NCBI GenBank assembly: GCA_902597015.1
Contig: CACJWQ010000001.1
Coordinates: forward strand, 4,520 to 68,519
From: an uncultured Alphaproteobacteria bacterium
GTDB taxonomy: Bacteria; Pseudomonadota; Alphaproteobacteria; HIMB59; GCA-002718135
Length of the DNA stretch: 64,000 nt
Direction of reading: 5' to 3'
In this document: piece by piece, positions 9,245-18,045 of the stretch
Position numbering within the stretch: the stretch's first letter is position 1
How the letters are laid out: every line of letters begins with the position of its first letter
Notes under the pieces: generated by a model
Told to the model about the DNA's origin: nothing
The model's database searches: none
Seen by the model: the letters and a program-made list of their open reading frames with translations, nothing else
Translations under genes and position numbers: made by a program

Positions 9245-9877
9245 ATGACAAAAGAAATTGAAATACCATTAGTTAAAGCAACAAATGAAAATCTTAAAGG
9301 ATACGGATATTTAATCGATAGTTTTGAAAATAGTGATATTGAAATTGTTACTTGGCCAAAACAAGGATGGCGCGAAATAGAAGAGGGAACTGGTAATGAA
9401 GGTGGAACTACCGAAGGTTCTTTTGATACATGGTGGCAAGGTGACGTGCTTTATGGACAAAATAATGCTGTCCAACATAAGAGTGATTATGAAGTAGATG
9501 GAAAATATATACTGGGTTATGCCAATAATCCTGATCAAGAATTACAGAAAGATAAATATTCAGATCCAACAAAAATATTTCTATGGCATGCAAATTATCA
9601 TCCTGATGGAGGTCAGCTTTTTTTTCCTACAGAAAATAAACCATTTATTTGTCCTTTAGCCTTACCAACAGACGACATTGAACCAGAACATTTCAAAGCA
9701 TTTTATTGTGACGGATCAAAAGGTTTATATATTCATCCAAATATTTGGCATGAAGGGGTGTTTCCAGTTTCAGAAAAACAATCATTTCAAGGAAAACAAG
9801 GTAAAGTACATGCAAGAGTTAGCATCGACTTAAAGGAAGAGTTTAACAAATATATTTACTTTAAGACTAATATTTAA
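9245..9877 (+). CDS. Ureidoglycolate-lyase-like / cupin-like protein of unknown function, co-operonic with phnW
   Basis: Starts 7 nt after phnW. The N-terminus PLVKATNENLKGYGYLI and the C-terminal block QLFFPTENKPFICPLAL...FYCDGSKGLYIHPNIWHEGVFP resemble AllA-type ureidoglycolate lyase (PLSxEAFxxYGxVI; GVNYHRNVWHHPLF). The assignment is tentative. Confidence 0.5.
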   Translation: MTKEIEIPLVKATNENLKGYGYLIDSFENSDIEIVTWPKQGWREIEEGTGNEGGTTEGSFDTWWQGDVLYGQNNAVQHKSDYEVDGKYILGYANNPDQELQKDKYSDPTKIFLWHANYHPDGGQLFFPTENKPFICPLALPTDDIEPEHFKAFYCDGSKGLYIHPNIWHEGVFPVSEKQSFQGKQGKVHARVSIDLKEEFNKYIYFKTNI

Positions 9878-11319
9878 CTATATTCTTTAGAATAAAAGCT
9901 TGAAAATAAGATTGGTTGATCAAGATTTACATAATCAGTTTTAAGTTGGATAATTTTTTTTAAAACTTTTTCATCATTTCCCATATACGCAATCATAGAT
10001 TTTATATTCTTTTGTTTTAAAATATTTAATTCTTCTAGCTTATCTCTAAGGGTATATTCAATTATTTTAGGATTATAATTTTCAATTATTTCATTTAATG
10101 TATCAAAGTCTTGTCTCCTTAGCATATAATTTAAATTGGGATTAAAATTTATAATATCCATCATTATGTTTTTGTTTTCAGACCAAAAAAAACATTTTTC
10201 TAAATAATTAAATTTATTAATTGTATTAATTACATCATCTACTTTTCCATCTTTAATTTCAGCATATAAATTACCGTTATATAGTTCAACAATTTCTAAT
10301 ATTTCTTCTAATTTGGGAATTTGCTGATTTGTAAAATCTGAATTAAATTTTTTTCCTATTTCAATTTTATCTAAACTTGAAGAAAGAGTTTGATTGACGT
10401 ATCCTTTATAATTTGAAGTTCTATTAAAAGTAGAGTCGTGATTAATTATTAATTTTTTATCTGCTGTTGTTCTAATATCAATTTCTACATGAGAGAAACC
10501 AAATGATAATGCAAGTAAAGTTGATGCCAGTGAATTTTCTGGTGCTAGACTATTAAGTCCACGATGACATACAACTTCAACTGGCCATTCACTATTATTT
10601 TTAAAAATTGGATTAACAAGTTCTGGTTGATTAGAACAAATACCTAATACGGGTAAATTCCTTAATATCTTCATTCTTTCTGGGTTTTCTTCATGCCATA
10701 TAACTACTTTTTGATTTTTCTTTTCACACTTTTGAAAGAAATTATCGTCTAATAATTTTTCAGGATTCTCTAATTTTTCCCAGCACAAATGAATAATATC
10801 AGCACTCTCAGCATACTCAAATGGATTGAAACCAGAAGGAACGAGAATGGCGTAAGGATAAGAACTATCAAGTTTTTTTAATTCCTTTATTAACTCTATA
10901 TTAAATGAACCAATAATTACTCTTTGATAATTATATTTTTTTAGTAATTTAATTAGCAGATTAGAAACATATCTAGCTTTAATGTCGAGATAAATTCCTA
11001 TATTTAGTTTTATTGCAAGTTTAAGAACATCTTCAAAAAGAGGTGCAGTGTTTATAGGTAGCTTAGTTCTTATTTCTTGAAGATACAAATTAATAATATT
11101 TTCACCAGTATCTAGGATTGAATCATGAAAAACAATTAGATGTTTGTCTTTGGTTATTTGTACATCAACCTCCCAAAAATCTGCACCAATTTTAGCAGCA
11201 AAGAAAAAGGATTCTATTGTATTTTCTTGATAATAAGCGCTTGCTCCTCTGTGCGCAATAGAGTAGGGTTTATGAGGACTTAACCAATTTTCATTTGAGT
11301 CTTTTTCCATTTTTATCAA
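9874..11319 (-). CDS. Tandem glycerophosphodiester phosphodiesterase (two GDPD domains in one polypeptide)
   Basis: Two GDPD N-terminal signatures are present: SIAHRGASAYYQENTIESF...EVDVQITKDKHLIVFHD (aa ~20-66) and VCHRGLNSLAPENSLAS...EIDIRTTADKKLIINHD (aa ~251-295). This is the last gene of the Ugp-like operon. Confidence 0.85.
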   Translation of the reverse strand: MIKMEKDSNENWLSPHKPYSIAHRGASAYYQENTIESFFFAAKIGADFWEVDVQITKDKHLIVFHDSILDTGENIINLYLQEIRTKLPINTAPLFEDVLKLAIKLNIGIYLDIKARYVSNLLIKLLKKYNYQRVIIGSFNIELIKELKKLDSSYPYAILVPSGFNPFEYAESADIIHLCWEKLENPEKLLDDNFFQKCEKKNQKVVIWHEENPERMKILRNLPVLGICSNQPELVNPIFKNNSEWPVEVVCHRGLNSLAPENSLASTLLALSFGFSHVEIDIRTTADKKLIINHDSTFNRTSNYKGYVNQTLSSSLDKIEIGKKFNSDFTNQQIPKLEEILEIVELYNGNLYAEIKDGKVDDVINTINKFNYLEKCFFWSENKNIMMDIINFNPNLNYMLRRQDFDTLNEIIENYNPKIIEYTLRDKLEELNILKQKNIKSMIAYMGNDEKVLKKIIQLKTDYVNLDQPILFSSFYSKEYS

Positions 11320-12343
11320 ATAACAGTAAACCTTCTTTCATGATTCCCCAATTAACATCACTGTTTAATTCAACTCTATTTTCTGATGGCTGAATTGATC
11401 TTATGGTTATATTATTATTAAAACTAACATCATACAAATCCTCTCGTCCTTGTGTTTCAACAAATGTAATTTTTCCAGAAACTTTATTTTCATATTGTGG
11501 ACCAAAATGCTCGGGTCTGACACCTAAAACAATTTCTGTATTTTCTGATATATTTAAATTAGTATTTAGATTAATTTTTAAATTGCCAGAAATAAACATT
11601 CCATTATTAAAAACTCCATTAATGAAAGATATTGGTGGATTACCAATGAAGCCAGCAACAAACTTATCTATTGGATTTTTATACATTTCATCTGGAGTAG
11701 ATAATTGAATAATTTTTCCATCCTTCATTAAAGCAATTCTATCGCACATCGACATTGCTTCAACTTGATCATGTGTTACAAGAATTGCAGTGATTCCAGT
11801 TTCTTTTTGTATTCTTTTTATTTCAGAACGCATTTCTAATCTAAGTTTAGCGTCTAGGTTGGCAAGGGGCTCATCCAACAATAATACATCTGGTTCTCTG
11901 ATTAATGCTCTCGCTAATGCTACTCGTTGTTGCTGGCCACCTGAAAGTTGTGCGGGCTTTCTTTTAAGTAATTCGGGTATGTAGACAAGATTAGCTATCT
12001 CTTGAACCTTTTCATCAACAATTTTTGAGTCAAGTTTTTTTAATTTTAATGGAAACGCAATATTTTCGTAAACAGTCATATGTGGATACAAAGCATAGTT
12101 TTGAAAAACCACACCAACATTTCTTTTTTGGGAAGGCACATTTGACATATCTTTTTGATCAAATAAAAGTTTACCTGAATTCATTCTGTAAATTCCACAT
12201 ATAGAAAAAAGTGTTGTAGATTTTCCACATCCTGATGGACCTAAAAGTGCTAACATTTCTCCACTATGTACAGTAAGATCTAAATTTTCAATTACAGAAA
12301 CAGGACCAAAAGATTTACTAAATTTTTCTAAAACTAATTTCAT
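11291..12343 (-). CDS. ABC transporter ATPase, MalK/UgpC type
   Basis: Walker A GPSGCGKST, signature LSGGQQQR, Walker B LLLDEPLANLD. A C-terminal MalK-like regulatory domain is present. Confidence 0.85.
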   Translation of the reverse strand: MKLVLEKFSKSFGPVSVIENLDLTVHSGEMLALLGPSGCGKSTTLFSICGIYRMNSGKLLFDQKDMSNVPSQKRNVGVVFQNYALYPHMTVYENIAFPLKLKKLDSKIVDEKVQEIANLVYIPELLKRKPAQLSGGQQQRVALARALIREPDVLLLDEPLANLDAKLRLEMRSEIKRIQKETGITAILVTHDQVEAMSMCDRIALMKDGKIIQLSTPDEMYKNPIDKFVAGFIGNPPISFINGVFNNGMFISGNLKINLNTNLNISENTEIVLGVRPEHFGPQYENKVSGKITFVETQGREDLYDVSFNNNITIRSIQPSENRVELNSDVNWGIMKEGLLLFDKNGKRLK

Positions 12344-13170
12344 TATCCTTTTGTACCTCCTCCGTATATATTCATTAATTTTTTTTGAAACACTATGTAA
12401 ATAATAATAACTGGAATGGCATAGAATGTTCCAACTGATTTAAATAAATTAAAATCAAACTTGTTGTCATCAAGTATAAGTGCAGAAAGATAGGTTGATA
12501 GTACTTGTACATCACTACTTGGTGCCAGAACTAGAGGTAGTACAAATTCACTCCATCCTGATAAAAAAGAAAAAATTAGTAAAGCGGCAATTCCAGGCTG
12601 TACTTGAGGTAAAATAAGTTTTCGCCAAACAGTAAACCTGCTTGCACCATCTTGAATGCCAGCCATTTCAATTTCCCAAGGAACTGTATCGTAAAATCCT
12701 TTCATTATCCAAACACCGAATGGTAATTCTAAAGCTGATTTCACAAGTATGACGCCTAATAGGGTATTGTACAAACCCATGATTTGTAAGGTTAAAAAGA
12801 TAGCAACTATAAGAGAAATAGTTGGGAAAGCATGCAACATTATTAAACCGGCAAGAAAAATTTTTCTTCCGGGAATATCTAAACGAGAAAGAACATATCC
12901 TGATGTCATGGATAGTGAGGTAACCATAATTGAGGTTGTGCTTGCAAAAATAAAGGTGTTAAAAGTTACAGTCCAAATATAGGACTCACCTGTTTTTGGT
13001 GTTTCCCATAAAAAACGCCAATGCTCTAATGTAAAACTACTTGGCCAAATACCGCCAGGAGCAGGATTTGTGAAATTATCTATTATCTGAAAAATGAACA
13101 TTATTAATAGTGGCAAAGAAATTAATGTAAGTAGCAATGTTATTGGCCAAGAACGATAATAATTATTCAT
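12343..13170 (-). CDS. CUT1 ABC permease (UgpE-like)
   Basis: 6-TM MalG/UgpE-like permease with EAA loop EIEMAGIQDGASRFTVWRKLILP. The start/stop is shared with its neighbours. Confidence 0.85.
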   Translation of the reverse strand: MNNYYRSWPITLLLTLISLPLLIMFIFQIIDNFTNPAPGGIWPSSFTLEHWRFLWETPKTGESYIWTVTFNTFIFASTTSIMVTSLSMTSGYVLSRLDIPGRKIFLAGLIMLHAFPTISLIVAIFLTLQIMGLYNTLLGVILVKSALELPFGVWIMKGFYDTVPWEIEMAGIQDGASRFTVWRKLILPQVQPGIAALLIFSFLSGWSEFVLPLVLAPSSDVQVLSTYLSALILDDNKFDFNLFKSVGTFYAIPVIIIYIVFQKKLMNIYGGGTKG

Positions 13171-14472
13171 TTATCCCTCAATCCTAGGTTTAGTTACTAG
13201 GTCCTTAAAGTTAAAAAATTTCAAATAGAATAAGCTAGCAATTATTCCTATTATTACTAAGACCAAAGCATAAGTAGCGCCTAAGCCATATTGTAAATTA
13301 CCTGCATAATTTTGCAGTGCTGTGTGATACGCAGCTAAAGCCCAAACTTCGGTGGATCTACCTGGTCCTCCATTTGTAGCTAATAAAATGTATTCAAATG
13401 AAGTTAATAATGACAAAGTTTGATAGGCCGTTGTAAACATTATTGGCCATCTTAATTGAGGAATTATTATATTCCATATTTGTTGCCATCTGTTTGCACC
13501 ATCAACCTCAGATGCATATAACATTGATGATGGTATGGCCTTTATTGCCGACGAAAATAGTATCATTCCAAAAGATGCTCCAACAAATCCATTAATTAAT
13601 ACTATAACTGTCCAAGCATGAATTGGAGAATCCATCATCCAATTTTTTGGTGATGCACCAAAGTAAGTTGACATTTGTGAAATAAATCCAGTGTCCCAAG
13701 TGAACCATTTCCACATCAGAACATATAGTACAGGAGGAAGTATCCTTGGCAAAAACCAAATAGTCCTGAAAGTAGAAGCCGTTTTTGATGGTAAATAAAA
13801 CGTAGAAATTGCAAGAAACAAACCAAAAACTACATTGAATGTTAAAGTAAAAGAGACATAAATAAGTGTATAAAATGCAAACTTATAAGAAGATGGTAAA
13901 TTATAAATTAATTTGAAATTATTATTAGTCCAAGACCAACCAGTATAACTTTCTTTAATAATTACTTCTCTATCATTTTGGTTTATTTCAAGCTTTATTA
14001 AATTTTCCTCAAAAATAGACTTGCTAACAAACCTTTCATTAATAATTGATTCTTTAAATATTTCAGCGATTTCTTTTCTATCACGTGTTTTTTTAATTTT
14101 ATTCTTTTTTAATTTTTTAAGTGCTCTCTCTAAATCTTTTCTATTTGAAAATTTGTCACCAAAATATAAAGACTTAATTTCGTTTGATAGAGATTCTTTA
14201 TATTTTTCACTTATAATTTTTAAACCTTCTTCATTAATTGAGTACCCAGCATTTTCAAGTTTTTCAATAGTATCTTTTTGAATATTATATTTTTTTATTT
14301 CTTTAATTGTTTCTTGATTAATTAAATACTCTCCTCCTTTTATGCCTGTTGATGTTGACATATTTGTAAATGAAAAAAAAGCAGTCATAACAACTGGCGT
14401 TAGAAAAAATAATAAAACCATTATTAGTACTGGAGATATAAAAATAAAACCAAACCAGTTTATTCTATTCAT
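13171..14472 (-). CDS. CUT1 ABC permease (UgpA/MalF-like) with ~150-aa K/E-rich insertion after TM1
   Basis: EAA loop YASEVDGANRWQQIWNIIIPQL. At 433 aa it exceeds the usual ~290 aa because of an insert (GGEYLINQETIKEIKK...IIKESYTGWSW) between the first two TM segments. Confidence 0.8.
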   Translation of the reverse strand: MNRINWFGFIFISPVLIMVLLFFLTPVVMTAFFSFTNMSTSTGIKGGEYLINQETIKEIKKYNIQKDTIEKLENAGYSINEEGLKIISEKYKESLSNEIKSLYFGDKFSNRKDLERALKKLKKNKIKKTRDRKEIAEIFKESIINERFVSKSIFEENLIKLEINQNDREVIIKESYTGWSWTNNNFKLIYNLPSSYKFAFYTLIYVSFTLTFNVVFGLFLAISTFYLPSKTASTFRTIWFLPRILPPVLYVLMWKWFTWDTGFISQMSTYFGASPKNWMMDSPIHAWTVIVLINGFVGASFGMILFSSAIKAIPSSMLYASEVDGANRWQQIWNIIIPQLRWPIMFTTAYQTLSLLTSFEYILLATNGGPGRSTEVWALAAYHTALQNYAGNLQYGLGATYALVLVIIGIIASLFYLKFFNFKDLVTKPRIEG

Positions 14473-14529
14473 AATTTTTTATAAAATTAACAGGAGTGAA
14501 ATTCACTCCTGTTTATTATTTGTAAAGTA

Positions 14530-15876
14530 TTATCTAACTAGTAAATCATCTCCAAGTTTTGAAGATAATTCGCTTTCAAGATCATTTACTGCATCAGCGG
14601 CAGATTTAGAACCAGTCCACACAGACTCTAAACCAGCCCACATAGCTTCTGAAAATACACCATATTGTAAATGGTTAGGTTGAGCATTAGCTGACCCTAA
14701 AAGTACTTCAGTTGCTTCTGCAGCCCATTGGTCATTTGCATAAAGTCCAACATTAGATTGTTGTTTAGAAATACCTAAGTGTGCAGATTCAATAGCATGT
14801 AAAGAATTGATTCGAGGCTCAGAAGCAATCTTTACAAGCTGAGATGCGATATCTTGTAAATCCTCATCATTTTGATTTGTTACAAGATAAACTAGAGGAT
14901 GCGTAATGGTATTTGCTCTGCCTCTGTCATTTCCTGCTGGAATAAGAGTGAATTGAATTGTTCCGAAGAAATCATCATTTCCTTCTTTTCCAGTGTATCT
15001 AGCATAGTGCCATGTTCCACCATGCCAAAAAGCAGCTTTACCATTTGCAACTTCATTGTACCATTGTCCCCAATCAGTACCGATATGATTTTTCTTTGTC
15101 ACTCCTGCAGCAACTGCATCCGCAAAGAATTGATAAAATTCTTGCATTGAAGCTTTATCTAACAATAGTTTACCTGATGCAGAGTCCATTAACTCACCTC
15201 CAAACGATTGATAGAATTGAGCATAATCAGGACCATTAGACACTCTAGGGTAAAAACCATAACCCTCTTCTACTAATCCCATTGATACAGCTTTCTTTGC
15301 ATCTTCAAGAACATTAGCTAGAGTATAATCACCAGAAGCAACTTTAGAAGGTAGTGCATCAATATCACTATCCGAGTAACCAATACCTTTTAGATATTCC
15401 TTCCAAAAGAAGAAAGGTCTACTTTCTGCATCTTGAGGAAGACCATATTGTATTCCGTTGTAAGCTGCAATTTCCATTAAATTGTCATAAATATCATTCA
15501 ATGGCCAAGCATCCATATCAAGATAATCTTCCACAGGAACAATGTAACCTGCTTGACTCCATGGTGCTATGTCAAGGTGACTTGTAACAACTATATTAGG
15601 AGCTGATCCATCTTCAGCTGCTAGGGTAACAGCTTGTTTAAACTCTCCCCATCCACCAAAGTCTCTCTTACCTTCTACAGTTATGTTAATCTCTTCCCCT
15701 TGTATTGCCATTTCACGAGTAAGTATATCAGCAGCCATCTTGATTGCTTCCATTCTATAGTAGTCAGCTTCGTTAGTTCCTCCTGCCCATACTGTAATTT
15801 TTACATCTTTAGCTACAGCATAACTAAAACTAAATAGAGTTATAAGAAATGCTATAAAAATTTTTTTAATATTCAT
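14530..15876 (-). CDS. Family-1 periplasmic substrate-binding protein (UgpB-like; glycerophosphodiester/G3P inferred from operon)
   Basis: Signal peptide MNIKKIFIAFLITLFSFSYAVA. 448-aa acidic SBP and first gene of the operon ending in the tandem GDPD. Confidence 0.75.
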   Translation of the reverse strand: MNIKKIFIAFLITLFSFSYAVAKDVKITVWAGGTNEADYYRMEAIKMAADILTREMAIQGEEINITVEGKRDFGGWGEFKQAVTLAAEDGSAPNIVVTSHLDIAPWSQAGYIVPVEDYLDMDAWPLNDIYDNLMEIAAYNGIQYGLPQDAESRPFFFWKEYLKGIGYSDSDIDALPSKVASGDYTLANVLEDAKKAVSMGLVEEGYGFYPRVSNGPDYAQFYQSFGGELMDSASGKLLLDKASMQEFYQFFADAVAAGVTKKNHIGTDWGQWYNEVANGKAAFWHGGTWHYARYTGKEGNDDFFGTIQFTLIPAGNDRGRANTITHPLVYLVTNQNDEDLQDIASQLVKIASEPRINSLHAIESAHLGISKQQSNVGLYANDQWAAEATEVLLGSANAQPNHLQYGVFSEAMWAGLESVWTGSKSAADAVNDLESELSSKLGDDLLVR

Positions 15877-16136
15877 TTAGTACCTCCCATAAATATAAAT
15901 ATTACATAATTAATTAATCACTCAAAAAAATTTTTGTCAAATTCAAAAAAATGACAGTAATTAAGGGTTTTTTGAGTCTTAAAAATCGGGTGGTTCTAAA
16001 AAAGTCAATTTATCATTATAATTTTAAGATATTTAAAATTCCTAAACAAAAGATATTTTTATACAAAAAATGTTAATGAAATTTTTAAAAGTTTTTATCT
16101 TACATGCCAAAGAAATTGTTATAAAAACTGGAATAT

Positions 16137-16934
16137 ATGAAAATATTGCACTTATCAGATCCTCATATTGAACCTGATATTTTACACGGAATAGACTCGC
16201 AATTAAGGTTTAAAAAAGCGTTAGAGCATATTAAAAAAAATCATTTAGACTCAGATTTGTTTGTAATATCAGGAGATATTACACACTTTGGAGGCGAAGG
16301 CGCATACGAGATATTTTTAGACATTGTAAAAGAGGCAGATTTACCGGAAAAACTATTTCCAAAATTAATTATAGGTAATCATGATAACAGAGAGAATTTT
16401 AAAAAATATTTTACTGCAGTTAAAAATGATGAAAATGGTTTCATTCAATACATTGAGACTATTGAAAATAAACTTTTTATTTTTTTAGATACCAATGAAC
16501 CAAAAACAGATAGCGGTTACTTTTGTGAAAGTAGGCAAAGATGGTTTGAAAATCAATTAGAAAAAGGAATAGACAAAAGTATATATATTTTTATGCATCA
16601 TAATCCTCTTGCACTTGCAGATAAAAATAGTGATAAAATAGGTCTTGTTCAAAAAGATAAATTTGAAAAAATATTATTAAAGTATAATAAAAATATCAAA
16701 CACTTATTTTTTGGACACCAGCATATTACTGTATCAGGTCAATACTTAGGTATTACATTTTCTTCACCACGAAGTACATGGTCTCCTTTAGTTTCAAACT
16801 TCTCAAATAAATATCGTTTAGGAACAGCAAATACTGATCCAAATTATAATGTTGTTTTAATAAAAGAAAATTCTTTAGTAGTGCATAGCGAAGACTTTTT
16901 AAAAACAGAAGTCAATTGGTTCGAGAGTGAATAA
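16137..16934 (+). CDS. Class-III metallophosphodiesterase (CpdA/Icc/GpdQ-like)
   Basis: Motifs HLSDPHI, ISGDITHFG, IGNHDNRE, FMHHNP and FGHQHIT are present. Confidence 0.8.
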   Translation: MKILHLSDPHIEPDILHGIDSQLRFKKALEHIKKNHLDSDLFVISGDITHFGGEGAYEIFLDIVKEADLPEKLFPKLIIGNHDNRENFKKYFTAVKNDENGFIQYIETIENKLFIFLDTNEPKTDSGYFCESRQRWFENQLEKGIDKSIYIFMHHNPLALADKNSDKIGLVQKDKFEKILLKYNKNIKHLFFGHQHITVSGQYLGITFSSPRSTWSPLVSNFSNKYRLGTANTDPNYNVVLIKENSLVVHSEDFLKTEVNWFESE

Positions 16935-16936
16935 TG

Positions 16937-18043
16937 TTATTTTTTTTCAATTACGAAAATTTCGTTATTAAAATAAAGACCTTTATTTTTTGAAACTATT
17001 TTCTGAACTACTTTTTCATAATTTCTTGTTTTTTCTACCTTCATTACTTTATCATCATCCATTTGATTGACATATATGGAAGCATTCCAAGCAGAAAAAA
17101 CTAATGATGTCGCTATACCTCCGCTGATTTCTGTTGGTAGAGCTCTCAGTTTACATTTAATAATTCTTTTTTCTCCAAAAGATAATCTTCTTAATAAATC
17201 TTTATCTAAATTTTTCTTAAGATAAGAAATGATACTATTTCCAAGAGAAGGAAATGGGTCCTCTTTTGGCCAAATTTTACGAATTATTTCATTAGCAGGA
17301 TCTTTTCCTGAAGCATGAATAGTTAATAATTTCCCTTTTGATTTTAACGCTCTAATCATTGGTTCGATGACATATTTTGATTTCTTTTCTGCTGTGATTC
17401 TTGAACGATAAGGCTGTGAAGCAATAATAAGATCAAATTTATTATCTGATTTTTTTTTGGTAGGTATTAATTCATTTACATTAAATTCTTGATCTTCGCG
17501 GTAGATAACCATGACTGAGGGCTCTTTATAAGTATGGTTACCTGACTTTTTATTAATTTCTATATTCCATTTTTTTTCTAAAAATTCATTTTGTTTTCTT
17601 AATTGTTGGGCAAATTCAAGAGAGGTATCTCCTTTTAATTTAATAATATTCCAATTAATTTTTTTCTGTTTAACGTCATTTTTTGATTTTAGGTTTGCAG
17701 CTTCAGCGTAGTGTAGATTTGAAATGACAAAAACCGTATTCTTATGTTCAACAAACCTGTCGGGTAATTTTTCTAAACCTAATCTTACATCTTCTATGCT
17801 TATTTCTTTTGTGCAAACTAATAGAGGTACGTTAGGCTTAGCCTCGTGGCACTGACGCATAACATTCATAAGTAAAGAACCATCTCCCATACCAGCATCA
17901 AATATTTTTATGCCAGGTTTTTGAGGTTTAATTTTATTTATGTGAGGACGTATCGCATCTGCAATTTGATTTTTTTCATTTGTTGTTGTGACAAATAATA
18001 AGTATTTTTGTCTGTTATCATAAAACCTGAAATTTTTTTTCAT
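16937..18043 (-). CDS. Hypothetical protein with split class-I SAM-methyltransferase-like motifs
   Basis: Motif I-like IKIFDAGMGDGS lies at aa ~45-56. FDLIIASQPY (motif IV-like) and GKLLTIHASG lie ~160 aa downstream. It begins 2 nt after the Fe-ADH gene. Confidence 0.45.
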   Translation of the reverse strand: MKKNFRFYDNRQKYLLFVTTTNEKNQIADAIRPHINKIKPQKPGIKIFDAGMGDGSLLMNVMRQCHEAKPNVPLLVCTKEISIEDVRLGLEKLPDRFVEHKNTVFVISNLHYAEAANLKSKNDVKQKKINWNIIKLKGDTSLEFAQQLRKQNEFLEKKWNIEINKKSGNHTYKEPSVMVIYREDQEFNVNELIPTKKKSDNKFDLIIASQPYRSRITAEKKSKYVIEPMIRALKSKGKLLTIHASGKDPANEIIRKIWPKEDPFPSLGNSIISYLKKNLDKDLLRRLSFGEKRIIKCKLRALPTEISGGIATSLVFSAWNASIYVNQMDDDKVMKVEKTRNYEKVVQKIVSKNKGLYFNNEIFVIEKK

Positions 18044-18045
18044 TA

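Noticed and set aside
15951-16076. 41-codon plus-strand ORF (MTVIKGFLSLKNRVVLKK...) in the 260-bp spacer
   Set aside because: It has no Shine-Dalgarno and a lysine-rich, AT-driven composition, and it lies in a divergent promoter region. It is most likely non-coding.
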